Of a DNA stretch of 64,000 bases, positions 28,353 to 38,476 are shown piece by piece. The position numbers and the translations under genes are program-made. This DNA comes from a virus (taxonomy: Duplodnaviria; Caudoviricetes): IMG/VR virus record IMGVR_UViG_2832410175_000003, positions 96,001-160,000 of that record; one strand, written 5' to 3'. The notes below the pieces were generated by a model. It was not told the DNA's origin. It made no database searches and saw only the letters and a program-made list of their open reading frames with translations. The stretch's first letter is position 1, and every line of letters starts with the position of its first letter.

Positions 28353-29394
28353 GGAAATGCTGTCCCCGGAGGAACAGTACGCGCAGCTTGCACCGACGCT
28401 GGACACAGACGGTTTCTCGCTGTATGCCGCCGCGGAAGAAGTCACCGGGCTCAAGGTCTGTGAGGAATTTCCCTATGAGGGTAACCGGGGAATGTTTGAG
28501 CTGGCAGCCGGACACACGCTGCTGCGGTATCTGGAAGCGGCATACTTTGGGACCGTTACCTGGGAGATCGTCCCCGGCACACCCTATGAGCGTGCTATTC
28601 TCGGTGAAGTGGACAAAACCACACCGGAGTATCGCGCGTTTTATCAGAAGATCTGCGCGGGTGCAGCAGCGCACATCAAAAAACGTATTGGGAAGGAGAC
28701 ACAGAATGTGAAGGAACCGATCTCAGAGATCAACAAAGAATCCTTCTGGGACCTGATCCATGAGGCAAAAAACGCCTGCGGGCAGGACATGGATGCCATG
28801 CTGGCCTATCTGAAAGACCGGCTGGTTTCTATGGGCCCCACGCAGGCGCAGAATTTTCACGACATCATCCACGCCTATGAAGATCTCGCGGACAAGTTCG
28901 GCTTGTGGGACGCGGCAGGGATCATGAAGGAATACGGCTGCAGCGATGATGGGTTTATCGACTTCCGCGCCTGGCTCATCGCACAGGGGCGCGAGGTCTA
29001 TTTTGCCGCGCTGGCAGACCCGGACAGCCTTGCAGATGTCGTTCCCTACGGCGATTGCTGCTTTGAGCAGTTGAGCTATGTCGGGGACTATGCCTACGAG
29101 CAGCTCACTGGGAAAAGCGCCTATGATCAGACAGATTGGAGCGCATATGAAGCTCTTTTGATGAAGCTGGAACAAGATATCGTCTATAAGGACGGCATCG
29201 AGTTTCCCAGAGAGGGCGCGGATCTGAAGAAATATCTGCCCCGGCTCTGCGCGAAGCATCCGGAGTGGGACGGTCAAACGCGCTGGAATCTGCAGCTGAA
29301 GGAGATCCGGGATCTGATCCATGCCGGAAAGGACTATGACCGACGCCAGACATCAAATAAGAAGAAACGCAGCCGTGGAGGTGAGGCAAGATGA
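28339..29394 (+). CDS. DUF4240-domain protein
   Basis: FWDLI...CSDDGFIDFRAWLIAQG...YLPRL. Confidence 0.75.
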   Translation: MEQHEEMLSPEEQYAQLAPTLDTDGFSLYAAAEEVTGLKVCEEFPYEGNRGMFELAAGHTLLRYLEAAYFGTVTWEIVPGTPYERAILGEVDKTTPEYRAFYQKICAGAAAHIKKRIGKETQNVKEPISEINKESFWDLIHEAKNACGQDMDAMLAYLKDRLVSMGPTQAQNFHDIIHAYEDLADKFGLWDAAGIMKEYGCSDDGFIDFRAWLIAQGREVYFAALADPDSLADVVPYGDCCFEQLSYVGDYAYEQLTGKSAYDQTDWSAYEALLMKLEQDIVYKDGIEFPREGADLKKYLPRLCAKHPEWDGQTRWNLQLKEIRDLIHAGKDYDRRQTSNKKKRSRGGEAR

Positions 29395-30317
29395 GCGAGT
29401 CCATGATTGTTGGTGTTGACCACGGCTATGCCGCTATGAAAACGGCCCATTTCTCGTTCCCCTCCGGTCTGGTGGCATATGAGCATGAGCCATATACGCT
29501 GAAGGACGTGCTGGAATACGGCGGAAAGTTCTATGTGGTAGGCAGCGGGCGGCAGGCGCTGCAGAAGAACAAAACGCGTACAGAGGATTATTACCTCCTC
29601 ACGCTGGCCGCTATCGCAAAGGAGCTCTCCTTCCGTCATGCGGAGCCTGCGGCAGAGATCCATCTGGCGGCCGGACTGCCCCTCACCAGCTTTGGACGGG
29701 AGAAAAACGCATTCCGGGACTATCTGCTCCGAGATGGGAAAACGGTGAATTTCCGCTATGAAGGACAGGACTACTCCATCGTCATCCGTAAGGTGTCACT
29801 GTTCCCGCAGGGCTATGCCGCAGTCTTGACCCAGAGCATCCTGCTGGATGAGCCTTCTGTGATCGTGGCGGATATCGGTGGATGGACCGTGGATCTGATG
29901 CGCCTGGACAACCGTATTCCCAATGCATCGACCTGCCGCAGTCTGGAACTTGGCATGATCCGCTGTCTGGATGAGATCGGCGAGCAGATCCGCCGCACGC
30001 TGGGCCTGTCTATGACGGCGGCACAGATGGAAAGCGTGCTGCGCGGCGATGCTGTCCATATCAACGAGGATGCCAGAAAAATTATTGACCGGCAGGCAGA
30101 CGCCTATGTCCATCGCCTGCTCTCCGCCATTACGGAGAGCGGACTGGATACCCGTGCCATGCCTGCTGTTTTTCTGGGCGGCGGCGCGGCGCTGCTGAAG
30201 CGGAATGTATCCGCTGCGGACGGCCTTTGCCGCCCAGTCATCCTTGACGATGTATCCCTCAACGCCAAAGGCTATGAGCGGCTGGCAGAGCGGCTCACAA
30301 AGAACGATGAGCAGTAA
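29391..30317 (+). CDS. ParM/StbA actin-like partition ATPase
   Basis: VGVDHGYAAMK, AGLP, DIGGWTVD, GGGA. Confidence 0.88.
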   Translation: MSESMIVGVDHGYAAMKTAHFSFPSGLVAYEHEPYTLKDVLEYGGKFYVVGSGRQALQKNKTRTEDYYLLTLAAIAKELSFRHAEPAAEIHLAAGLPLTSFGREKNAFRDYLLRDGKTVNFRYEGQDYSIVIRKVSLFPQGYAAVLTQSILLDEPSVIVADIGGWTVDLMRLDNRIPNASTCRSLELGMIRCLDEIGEQIRRTLGLSMTAAQMESVLRGDAVHINEDARKIIDRQADAYVHRLLSAITESGLDTRAMPAVFLGGGAALLKRNVSAADGLCRPVILDDVSLNAKGYERLAERLTKNDEQ

Positions 30318-30609
30318 CAAAAAGCGGATCAATCTGTCATTTTCCATGTCCTCACCCATCCAGCGCAGGGCGTGGAAGAAGCTGACGGAGATTCCCGCAG
30401 GACAGCGCACCGCCGCGGTCTGCCGCATGGTCTGTGAGTATAAGGGACAGCAGGAATTGCTGGATGCCGTTCGCCAGACCATCCGGCAGGAACTGCGGGG
30501 TGCGCAGCTTACCAAAGAAGAAGCGCAGGATAGCGGCAGCGCCGTGGATGTAGATGAAAGCGTCCTCGGCTTTTTGCTTGCCCTGCAGGAAGGAGATGAG
30601 ATGACCTGA
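30307..30609 (+). CDS. ParR-like centromere-binding protein
   Basis: Small RHH-like ORF overlapping the end of parM. Confidence 0.6.
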   Translation: MSSNKKRINLSFSMSSPIQRRAWKKLTEIPAGQRTAAVCRMVCEYKGQQELLDAVRQTIRQELRGAQLTKEEAQDSGSAVDVDESVLGFLLALQEGDEMT

Positions 30610-31769
30610 TCCGATATTTTGATATGTTCGCCGGCATCGGCGGCTTCCGCACGGGATTGACCCGCGCGGGCGGTTTCCAGTGTGTAGGACACTGCGAGAT
30701 CGACAAATATGCCAATGCCAGCTATGAGGCCATTTATGAGCCGGGAAAGGAGGAACGATATTATCCCGATGCCACAAAAATCGACCCCGCAGATCTGCCG
30801 GACTTCGACCTTCTGTGCGGAGGATTCCCTTGTCAGGCATTTTCAATCGCTGGCAGAAGAAGGGGCTTTGACGATACCCGCGGCACTCTCTTCTTTGAAA
30901 TCGCCCGATTGGCTCAATCCAAACGACCTTCGTATCTTCTGCTCGAAAACGTTCCAGGACTGCTGTCGCATGACAAAGGCCGGACGTTTTCTGTCATCCT
31001 CGCCACGCTTAATGACCTGGGGTACCGCGTGGAATGGATGGTGCTTAACAGCAAACATTTTGGAGTCCCGCAATCCAGAAGGCGGCTGTTCCTTATCTGC
31101 TATCTTGATCCCCGATGCGCCGGAAAAATATTTCCTATCTTCGGCACAGGTGGAAAAGCTCTTATACAAGTCCTCGGAGGCTCGCAAGGCTCCCGTGTCT
31201 ACGACGCAGACGGAATAGCCTGCACGCAGACTGCCGGCGCTGGAGGTGTGGGCGGCAAAACAGGATTGTATATCATTCCGCAGGACAGACCCTTTGTGGA
31301 TCTATGTGCAGGGGAGGCGAGACAAACGGAGGCCGCCCGCTGTCTCACTGCCCGTTACGGTCAGACAACGCTGTCCAATCATAGAGCAGAGCGTTCCGGC
31401 GTTCTGCTCATCAAGGAAGCCACGAAAAAAGGCTATAAGGAGGCGAATCTCGGTGACAGCGTTGATCTCGGCTTTTCCGGGAGCAACACCCGCCGTGGTC
31501 GTGTGGGACAGGATATCGCACACACATTGGAGACGAGCTGTATCCAGGGCATCGTGGAACGTGGCGGACGCATCCGGCGTCTGATGCCGCGGGAGTGTCT
31601 GCGGCTCCAGGGCTTTGAGGAATGGCAGATCGACCGCATCCTCGCCATCCAGTCCGACGCACAGGCGTATAAGCAGGCAGGCAACAGCGTCACCGCCAAT
31701 GTCATTGAAGCCATCGGACGCCGTATCCGGGAGGTGGATGCGGAACTGAAAGCCGGTGCTGCCGCATGA
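30606..31769 (+). CDS. DNA (cytosine-5)-methyltransferase; likely CTG start at 30606
   Basis: FAGIGG, GGFPCQ, ENV, QSRRR, QAGNSV. Confidence 0.95.
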   Translation: MIRYFDMFAGIGGFRTGLTRAGGFQCVGHCEIDKYANASYEAIYEPGKEERYYPDATKIDPADLPDFDLLCGGFPCQAFSIAGRRRGFDDTRGTLFFEIARLAQSKRPSYLLLENVPGLLSHDKGRTFSVILATLNDLGYRVEWMVLNSKHFGVPQSRRRLFLICYLDPRCAGKIFPIFGTGGKALIQVLGGSQGSRVYDADGIACTQTAGAGGVGGKTGLYIIPQDRPFVDLCAGEARQTEAARCLTARYGQTTLSNHRAERSGVLLIKEATKKGYKEANLGDSVDLGFSGSNTRRGRVGQDIAHTLETSCIQGIVERGGRIRRLMPRECLRLQGFEEWQIDRILAIQSDAQAYKQAGNSVTANVIEAIGRRIREVDAELKAGAAA

Positions 31770-32728
31770 TCGGGCTGAAGGACCAGTGCTTCGGCGTGGA
31801 AGTGGAAATGACCGGCATCACCCGTGAACAGGCGGCAACAGCGCTGGCCGCGTATTTTGCAACGGACGCCCGCTATGTGGGCGGCGCTTACGATAAATGG
31901 TGTGTGACGGATCAGGACGGCAAAGAGTGGACGGTCATGAGCGACTCCAGCATCCACGGGGAGCAGAAGATCGGCAGCGGCTATCGTGCAACGGGTGACT
32001 ACAGATACCGTGTGGAGATGGTAACGCCAAAGCTCACCTATGCGGAACTGCCCAAGCTGCAGGAGTGTGTCCGGCAGGTACGCCACGCAGGAGCCAAGGC
32101 CAACAGCTCCTGCGGCATCCATGTCCATGTGGACGCAGCCAATCATAACAGGCAGAGTCTGAAAAATCTCATCGGCATTATGTACTCCAAGGAGGATATC
32201 CTGTTCAAAGCGCTGCAGGTCAATGAAAGCCGGGCGTCCCGCTGGTGTCAGAAGGTGCGGGAACCCATGCTGAAGCAGGCACGCAGGCTTTCGTCGGATG
32301 AGACAAGGGACCTGACGCAGCTGGAGAATATCTGGTACGAGGGGGATAACGGCAGCGCAGACCACTATAACTGGACCCGCTATTACGCGCTGAATCTGCA
32401 TTCGGTCTTTTACCGGGGGACGGTGGAATGGCGCTGCTTCAATTCCACACTCCATGCGGGAAAAGTCGCCGCCTATGTGAATCTGTGCCTTGCCATCTCC
32501 GCCCAGGCTATTGCCCAGCGCAGCACGGTCATGCGCAAGACCCACAGCGACAATGAGCTGTTTACCTTCCGGGTCTGGCTGGTGCGGCTGGGACTCAACG
32601 GCGAGGAATTCAAGCATACCCGTGACCACCTGTTGGCAAATCTGGACGGTGATCGGGCGTGGCGTTTCGATAAGGACAGCTATGCAGTCAATCAAAAGAA
32701 GAAAAAATCCAGAGAAATGGAGAGGTGA
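31766..32728 (+). CDS. Amidoligase (COOH-NH2 ligase family)
   Basis: FGVEVE, DSSI, VEMVTP, CGIHVHV, RYYALN, TVEWR. Confidence 0.88.
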   Translation: MIGLKDQCFGVEVEMTGITREQAATALAAYFATDARYVGGAYDKWCVTDQDGKEWTVMSDSSIHGEQKIGSGYRATGDYRYRVEMVTPKLTYAELPKLQECVRQVRHAGAKANSSCGIHVHVDAANHNRQSLKNLIGIMYSKEDILFKALQVNESRASRWCQKVREPMLKQARRLSSDETRDLTQLENIWYEGDNGSADHYNWTRYYALNLHSVFYRGTVEWRCFNSTLHAGKVAAYVNLCLAISAQAIAQRSTVMRKTHSDNELFTFRVWLVRLGLNGEEFKHTRDHLLANLDGDRAWRFDKDSYAVNQKKKKSREMER

Positions 32729-32982
32729 AGCCTTTGAAGATTCAAATTGAAGATACCGTGTACGAAGGAACCGCAGCCGGGATCATGGAACAGCTTCGGG
32801 ATCTCAGCTTTGATCCCACAGAGTTCCCGGATGTGGAGACCTACATCTGGTTTGTACAGAACAATGTCATGCGCACCACGGGAATGGACTGTCCGCTGCC
32901 GGATGGCGATGCGGAGACGCAGGCGGCAGCCCTGCTCCGTCATCTGGAACGCTTTGGCGCTCTGACGATGCCGGAGGTATGA
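32725..32982 (+). CDS. Hypothetical protein
   Basis: Coupled between the amidoligase and GGCT genes. Confidence 0.65.
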   Translation: MKPLKIQIEDTVYEGTAAGIMEQLRDLSFDPTEFPDVETYIWFVQNNVMRTTGMDCPLPDGDAETQAAALLRHLERFGALTMPEV

Positions 32983-32983
32983 C

Positions 32984-33487
32984 GTGGAGGAAAACCTGTA
33001 TTTTGCCTACGGCAGCAACCTTGATCTGGAGCAGATGGCGCAGCGCTGTCCGGATGCTGAGATCGTGGGACCGGTCAGGCTGGAAAACTACGAACTGCGC
33101 TTCCGCGGCAGCGGCTTTGCTACCGTTGCGCCGAAAAAAGGCAGTACTGTCCACGGACTGGTGTGGAAGCTCACGCCAAACTGTGAACAGTCTCTGGATC
33201 GGTATGAGGGGTATCCCCGCCATTACACGAAAGAAACCGTGACTGTTAAAGACGCGGCTGGCGCTGAGCTCCCAGTTATGGTCTATATCATGGCGGAGCC
33301 GTATTGCCGCCAGCCTGCACTGCCGTCCCCATATTATTACCGCGTGATCCAGCGGGGCTTTGAAGCCAACGGCCTGCCGGTGGACTCCCTTCGGGATGCG
33401 TGGAGCAGGACCATTGACGAGGTGTGGAGCGGCAGGATTGACAAGCCAAAGCGAGCGCCTGAGCGAAACAGAGGACCGGAGCGGTAA
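32984..33487 (+). CDS. Gamma-glutamylcyclotransferase (AIG2-like)
   Basis: YFAYGSNL, LDRYEG. Confidence 0.9.
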   Translation: MEENLYFAYGSNLDLEQMAQRCPDAEIVGPVRLENYELRFRGSGFATVAPKKGSTVHGLVWKLTPNCEQSLDRYEGYPRHYTKETVTVKDAAGAELPVMVYIMAEPYCRQPALPSPYYYRVIQRGFEANGLPVDSLRDAWSRTIDEVWSGRIDKPKRAPERNRGPER

Positions 33488-33488
33488 C

Positions 33489-33698
33489 TCAGAGCAGCGC
33501 CGGCGTCTGTGCAAGAAAGAAGATCACCAGAATAGAGATCACAAAGGCCAAGATCCCAACGAGCAGGAAAACCTTTTTGCCGGGGCGGATTTTTGCCGCC
33601 TTGCTGATCAGCGCGGCCGCGGCGACGCATACCGCGGAAACCAGTAAAGCGACGCCAAGCATCTTCCACAGCCATGAAAGCTCCCAATACCATATCAT
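33489..33698 (-). CDS. Small two-TM membrane protein
   Basis: GAGGAGG RBS; two hydrophobic helices. Confidence 0.6.
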   Translation of the reverse strand: MIWYWELSWLWKMLGVALLVSAVCVAAAALISKAAKIRPGKKVFLLVGILAFVISILVIFFLAQTPALL

Positions 33699-33844
33699 CA
33701 CAGCCGCCTCCTCATATTTTTGTTCATAAGCACAGTGTATCACAGGCGCGGTATCCGCGCAACAGACAGTCGGAGTGAAAAAAGAGGTGTTCATTTTCCA
33801 CGGTCTGTGTTACAATATCCCCTGTTTGTGGAAGGGGTGCGGAT

Positions 33845-34111
33845 ATGTTTTACACGATGGAGGAAGCAGCTGTCCTCGGCGGATTTCTGGAACTGTATCT
33901 GGAACGGGATAGTGTTGACCCGGCGGTGCGGGAACGGCACCGGAAATTCCGGCAGGGACTGCTGGGCGGCGCACTGGAACGGACCGATTATGAATGGGCG
34001 GCTGCGGCGCTGGGATTCCTGCGTCCCCAATGGTGGTCAGAGCATGAAGATCATCGGGCGTTGGAGAATGCCCTGCTGAAGACCCGGACATTGGCATCCA
34101 AAAAAGAATAA
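33845..34111 (+). CDS. Hypothetical protein
   Basis: RBS GAAGGGG; 88 aa. Confidence 0.6.
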   Translation: MFYTMEEAAVLGGFLELYLERDSVDPAVRERHRKFRQGLLGGALERTDYEWAAAALGFLRPQWWSEHEDHRALENALLKTRTLASKKE

Positions 34112-34182
34112 GAATCACCATTTGCGGCAACGGCAGAGGAATCTGCTGCTGCCGCTTTTCTTTTGAAGAAGGAGGAACCCAT

Positions 34183-34587
34183 ATCAGCACAGAAAAAATG
34201 AAAGTCCTTGTGGTGCGCCCCATGGAAATGCCTGAAGTGCAGGAGATCGACCACACTCTTTCTGCCATGCAGGAGCTCGTAGGCGGCACCATTCAGGCAG
34301 TTTACCCCTTCGATGACCCGGTGGCGCTCATCGCAAATGACGAGGGCAAGCTGCTGGGCCTGCCGTGGAACCGCGCTCTGACCGATGATCACGGTGTGCC
34401 GTATGACATTGTCTGCGGCACATTTTTTGTTGCCGGTCTTAAAGAGGATGATTTTGCCTCGCTGACGGAGCAGCAGATCGAAAAGTACAAGGACAAATAC
34501 AGCCATGAAATGATCCTTTCTGTTCCGAAACAGCCGGAGGCACATAAGAAACCGATGAAAAAGGAGAAACATGAATATGAAAGATAA
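34183..34587 (+). CDS. DUF3846-domain protein; possible ATC start at 34183 (first ATG 34198)
   Basis: MQELVGGTIQ, NDEGKL, NRAL, DIVCGTF. Confidence 0.8.
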   Translation: MSTEKMKVLVVRPMEMPEVQEIDHTLSAMQELVGGTIQAVYPFDDPVALIANDEGKLLGLPWNRALTDDHGVPYDIVCGTFFVAGLKEDDFASLTEQQIEKYKDKYSHEMILSVPKQPEAHKKPMKKEKHEYER

Positions 34588-35728
34588 CTGCATTTTGACC
34601 GCCGAGTCAGTCACCGAGGGACATCCCGACAAGCTCTGTGACACCATCGCGGACGCGGTGGTGGATGCCTGTCTTACGCAGGATGTTGCTGCCCGCGTTG
34701 CCTGCGAGGTCATGGCCACAGCCGGAAAGATCATCGCCGCAGGCGAGATCACAGCAGCGAAGATTCCGGATATCCCTGCCATTATTTGCAGGACGGTGCG
34801 GGAAGCCGGATACGGCGGCAGTGACTATGAGGTGGAGGTCATCACCCATGAGCAGAGTCCTGACATTGCGGAAGCTGTGTGTGGCGGCACGGAGACCGGC
34901 GCAGGAGATCAGGGAATCCTGTACGGCTTTGCCTGCGATGAAACAAAGGAGCTGCTGCCCCTGCCTGTGGTGCTGGCCCATCGACTGACCCGCCTGTTGA
35001 CCGATACCCGCAGGCAGGGCATCATCCCCGGCCTGCGTCCGGACGGCAAGGCGCAGGTGTCTGTGGAATACCGCTTTGGAGTTCCGTACCGCATTGCCGC
35101 AGTGGTGGTATCCTGCCAGCATGAGGAGGAGCTGCCCCTGCCGGAACTGCGCCGGGACATCCTGCGCCATGTGATCCGACCCGCCATGCAGGAACTTCCG
35201 CTGGACGAGCATACCGAAGTGCTGGTCAATCCCTCCGGTCGATTTGTCCAGGGCGGTTTTGAAGCGGACACCGGACTCACCGGACGCAAGCTGATGGTGG
35301 ATACCTACGGCGGCCTCGTCCCTCATGGCGGCGGCGCGCTGTCCGGCAAGGATGGAACGAAGGTGGACCGCAGCGGCGCGTACATGGCCCGTTATATTGC
35401 CAAGAATATCGTGGCGGCGGGACTGGCAAAGCGCTGCACCATCAGCCTTGCCTATGCCATCGGTAAGGCACAGCCTGTAGCGGTGACGGTGGATACGGAG
35501 TATACCGGCATCTATTCCGATGATGTGCTGGAGCAGGCTGTCCGTACCGTATTCAACCTGACGCCGGACGGCATGATCGGAACGCTGGGACTGGATCAGT
35601 CCATGTTCCAAAAGTTCTGCAATTACGGACACTTCACCCATGCGGACGCGCCCTGGGAGCGCACGGACATGACAAAAGTGCTGGAATGTGCCTGCCGCGC
35701 CAAAGATATGGGGGCATCGGAGCGATGA
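34571..35728 (+). CDS. metK: S-adenosylmethionine synthetase
   Basis: ESVTEGHPDK, GAGDQG, DTGLTGRK, HGGGALSGKD..KVDRS. Confidence 0.96.
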   Translation: MNMKDNCILTAESVTEGHPDKLCDTIADAVVDACLTQDVAARVACEVMATAGKIIAAGEITAAKIPDIPAIICRTVREAGYGGSDYEVEVITHEQSPDIAEAVCGGTETGAGDQGILYGFACDETKELLPLPVVLAHRLTRLLTDTRRQGIIPGLRPDGKAQVSVEYRFGVPYRIAAVVVSCQHEEELPLPELRRDILRHVIRPAMQELPLDEHTEVLVNPSGRFVQGGFEADTGLTGRKLMVDTYGGLVPHGGGALSGKDGTKVDRSGAYMARYIAKNIVAAGLAKRCTISLAYAIGKAQPVAVTVDTEYTGIYSDDVLEQAVRTVFNLTPDGMIGTLGLDQSMFQKFCNYGHFTHADAPWERTDMTKVLECACRAKDMGASER

Positions 35729-36459
35729 AGCATATCGCGTCCTGCTCCTTCGGCAAAGACAGCCTTGCCACGATCCTGCTGGCGCTGGAGCACGGGGAAC
35801 CGCTGGATGAAGCGGTTTACTGCGAGGTGATGTTCGATAAAAGGATCTCCGGCGAGGTGCCGGAGCATCGGGCATTCATCTATGAGACTGCGCTCCCCAG
35901 ACTGGAACAGTTGGGGGTTCCTGTCCGTGTGCTGCGTTCGGATAAGACCTATCTGGACCTGTTTGCCGGAACAGTTACTCGCGGCCCGAAAAAAGGACTT
36001 CGGCGCGGATTCCCTCTGTGCGGGCATTGCTACGTTCAGCGGGACTGCAAGCTCCGTCCCATCCGCCGGTATAACAGGACTCTGACACCGGATACTGTGC
36101 AGTATGTGGGCATCGCCAGCGATGAGCCGGTGCGCTTGCGCCGCTTGCAGGGAGATCAGGTGTCCCTGCTGGAAAAATATCACTACACCGAAGAGGATGC
36201 AAAGCAGCTCTGCCAAACGGCAGGGCTGCTTTCACCTGTCTATGCGTTCACAGACCGTGGCGGCTGCTGGTTCTGCCCGAATGCCAAGCGGAAGGAACTG
36301 CGGCACCTTTATGACCACCATCCGGAGCTGTGGGCAAGAATGCTGGAGCTGCAGGCCATGCCGGGAAAGGTGTCCGAGAAATTCAACCGCACGGAGCGCT
36401 TTTCCGACATCGATGCGGCATTCCGAAAAGAAGATGCCCTGTGCCAAAAAGCGGCATAA
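35725..36459 (+). CDS. PAPS-reductase-like adenine nucleotide alpha-hydrolase
   Basis: SCSFGKDS PP-loop, GIASDE..R, RGGCWFCP. Confidence 0.8.
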   Translation: MKHIASCSFGKDSLATILLALEHGEPLDEAVYCEVMFDKRISGEVPEHRAFIYETALPRLEQLGVPVRVLRSDKTYLDLFAGTVTRGPKKGLRRGFPLCGHCYVQRDCKLRPIRRYNRTLTPDTVQYVGIASDEPVRLRRLQGDQVSLLEKYHYTEEDAKQLCQTAGLLSPVYAFTDRGGCWFCPNAKRKELRHLYDHHPELWARMLELQAMPGKVSEKFNRTERFSDIDAAFRKEDALCQKAA

Positions 36460-36473
36460 AAAAGGAAAAGGAG

Positions 36474-37115
36474 ATGAGAACCATCAGCAATCAGAAATAT
36501 GAGATCACAGACATTGCCCATGAGGAATATCCGTTCCTGCACCGCATCCGTGCGCTGCGGGATATCTGCGGCGAGATCTGCGCAGGCGACATAGGTGGCT
36601 TCGTGGAAAGCGAAAGCAACCTGTCCGCGGAGCCGGGAGACTGCGCGTGGATCTTCGATGACGCCATTGCAGCGGGTGACGCCTATGTGGATCGGGACGC
36701 CTGTCTGCGGGGCGACGCCATTGCCTGTGGCAGCGCCTATGTTTCCAAAGGCAGCGTGATGAGCGGCCACAGCCGCGCCGAGGACAACGCCTATCTCCGC
36801 GGGGCCTCCATGACCGGAAAAGCGCTGGCTTCCGGAAACGCGCAGATCATTCACGATCCCCATACGATGGGGACTCCCATCCTGTCCGGCAACTGCAAGG
36901 TGTATGGCACGGTGCAGGGGGATATCCGCATCACCGGTTCTGCCGTGATCCTGCCCTGCGAGGAAGTCCGCAACGATACAAGGGATACCTTTGTCCTGAG
37001 CGGCAAGAGCCGGAGCGTGATCCGCGGCATCGGGCGTGAGACTTTGAAACCTCTGCAAAAAGAAGTAAGTCCCATGAAAACAAAAACGCCAAAGAAACGA
37101 GGTGTGGAGCGATGA
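36474..37115 (+). CDS. Left-handed beta-helix (hexapeptide-like) repeat protein
   Basis: RIRALRD...GDIGGFVESESNL followed by 6-residue repeats. Confidence 0.7.
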   Translation: MRTISNQKYEITDIAHEEYPFLHRIRALRDICGEICAGDIGGFVESESNLSAEPGDCAWIFDDAIAAGDAYVDRDACLRGDAIACGSAYVSKGSVMSGHSRAEDNAYLRGASMTGKALASGNAQIIHDPHTMGTPILSGNCKVYGTVQGDIRITGSAVILPCEEVRNDTRDTFVLSGKSRSVIRGIGRETLKPLQKEVSPMKTKTPKKRGVER

Positions 37116-37885
37116 CCGTGTATGAGCAGGAATTGCGAAAGCTGTTTGAACACGGCGATCTCGTGGATCGGCCTCAATTCTCCGGGCGTGTGTGCGTGGG
37201 AGATCTCGGAAAGGACCTGCGTGTACGGGCGGAGTTTCTCTCTACCCATATCTCCAGCCAATATGACGCCATCCGCCTCACGGTGCTCAACCGCACGGAG
37301 GGCGTGGTGGACCGGACGCTGCTGCGCTTTCAGGATGTCTGGGGTAAAAAGCAGGTGCCGAACAATCCCAACTTCCGCAGCGGCGTCATTCCCCACCTGT
37401 GGGATGACTACGGAAAAGTGGAATGGTACGCCTATCATCCCACTGCCGCGGACTATGCCGCTCTGCGGGATGCCGTCGGACAGTATCTGTCCGCATTCCG
37501 GGAGCGCACGCCGGAGCTGGAACGGAGCGGCCCTAAGCTGGTCTATATCTGTGCTCCGCTGCGGGGCGATGTGACAAACAATGTGGAGTTTGCGCGGCAG
37601 AAAGCGCAGGAGGTGTTTGTGGAGGGAAATATCCCTATCTGTCCGCATCTGCTGTTCCCACCTGTCGCAGATCCCGACGATCCCGCCCAGGACGAAAAAG
37701 CCAGGGCGATGGGACTGCGCCTGCTGGAATCCTGCCAGCAGATGAATGTGTACGGTCCGGTCTGGACGGATGGGATGTGGCAGGAGATCTATAAAGCCGG
37801 CGAGCTGGGCATCCCCGTGTTGACGGATCAGAAGACCATTGGACGGACGCCGCCTGCAAGACGCCTCGGCAGAAAGGAGCGATAA
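37112..37885 (+). CDS. Two-domain protein with a C-terminal DUF4406 / nucleoside 2-deoxyribosyltransferase-like domain
   Basis: LVYICAPLRGD...PICPHL...TDGMWQEI..A.ELGIP. Confidence 0.65.
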   Translation: MTVYEQELRKLFEHGDLVDRPQFSGRVCVGDLGKDLRVRAEFLSTHISSQYDAIRLTVLNRTEGVVDRTLLRFQDVWGKKQVPNNPNFRSGVIPHLWDDYGKVEWYAYHPTAADYAALRDAVGQYLSAFRERTPELERSGPKLVYICAPLRGDVTNNVEFARQKAQEVFVEGNIPICPHLLFPPVADPDDPAQDEKARAMGLRLLESCQQMNVYGPVWTDGMWQEIYKAGELGIPVLTDQKTIGRTPPARRLGRKER

Positions 37886-38476
37886 ATGCCGATTGAAAAG
37901 ATCACCGCGGACGATCTGCGGGATATGGAGCATCAGGAAGGGCTTGTGCTGCAGGGCTGCGGCGGCGAGGCGCAGGAGTGGCTGGATGGCATCAATGACC
38001 TGCTGACGCAGGACGGCATCCTGCAGAATGGCAGCCGCTTTGAGACGGTCAAGGTTTTTCAGCACGATGGACTCAACAATCTGCTGTTCCCCTTCGAGAA
38101 CATTCAGGTGGATATGGGAAAGCTGGCGATGTGGCGTTTGCAGACCCACGGCGCATTCGGCGGCACATGGCTGTCCGACTATGTTCCCAACAGACTGGGT
38201 GGATTTCGCTCCGCCCGGCAGGAGAAACCTCGTCCCCTCTGCCCTCTGCTGGGGCAGGACGGCAACATCTTTAATCTGATGGGTATTGCCGCCAGAGTTC
38301 TTCGGCAGAATGGCATGGCGACAGAAGCAAAGGAAATGCAGACCCGCATCATGGGCGGAGCGTGCCACAGCTACGAGGAAGCACTGGGAATCATCAGCGA
38401 ATATGTGGAAACGGAGCTGTCTCCGCCCCGCGAAAATCGAACGAAAAAGAAGGAGAAGCATGAGTATGAGCGATAA
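37886..38476 (+). CDS. Hypothetical ICE protein
   Basis: GLVLQGCGG, GQDGNIFNLMG, SYEEAL.II.EYV motifs. Confidence 0.7.
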   Translation: MPIEKITADDLRDMEHQEGLVLQGCGGEAQEWLDGINDLLTQDGILQNGSRFETVKVFQHDGLNNLLFPFENIQVDMGKLAMWRLQTHGAFGGTWLSDYVPNRLGGFRSARQEKPRPLCPLLGQDGNIFNLMGIAARVLRQNGMATEAKEMQTRIMGGACHSYEEALGIISEYVETELSPPRENRTKKKEKHEYER

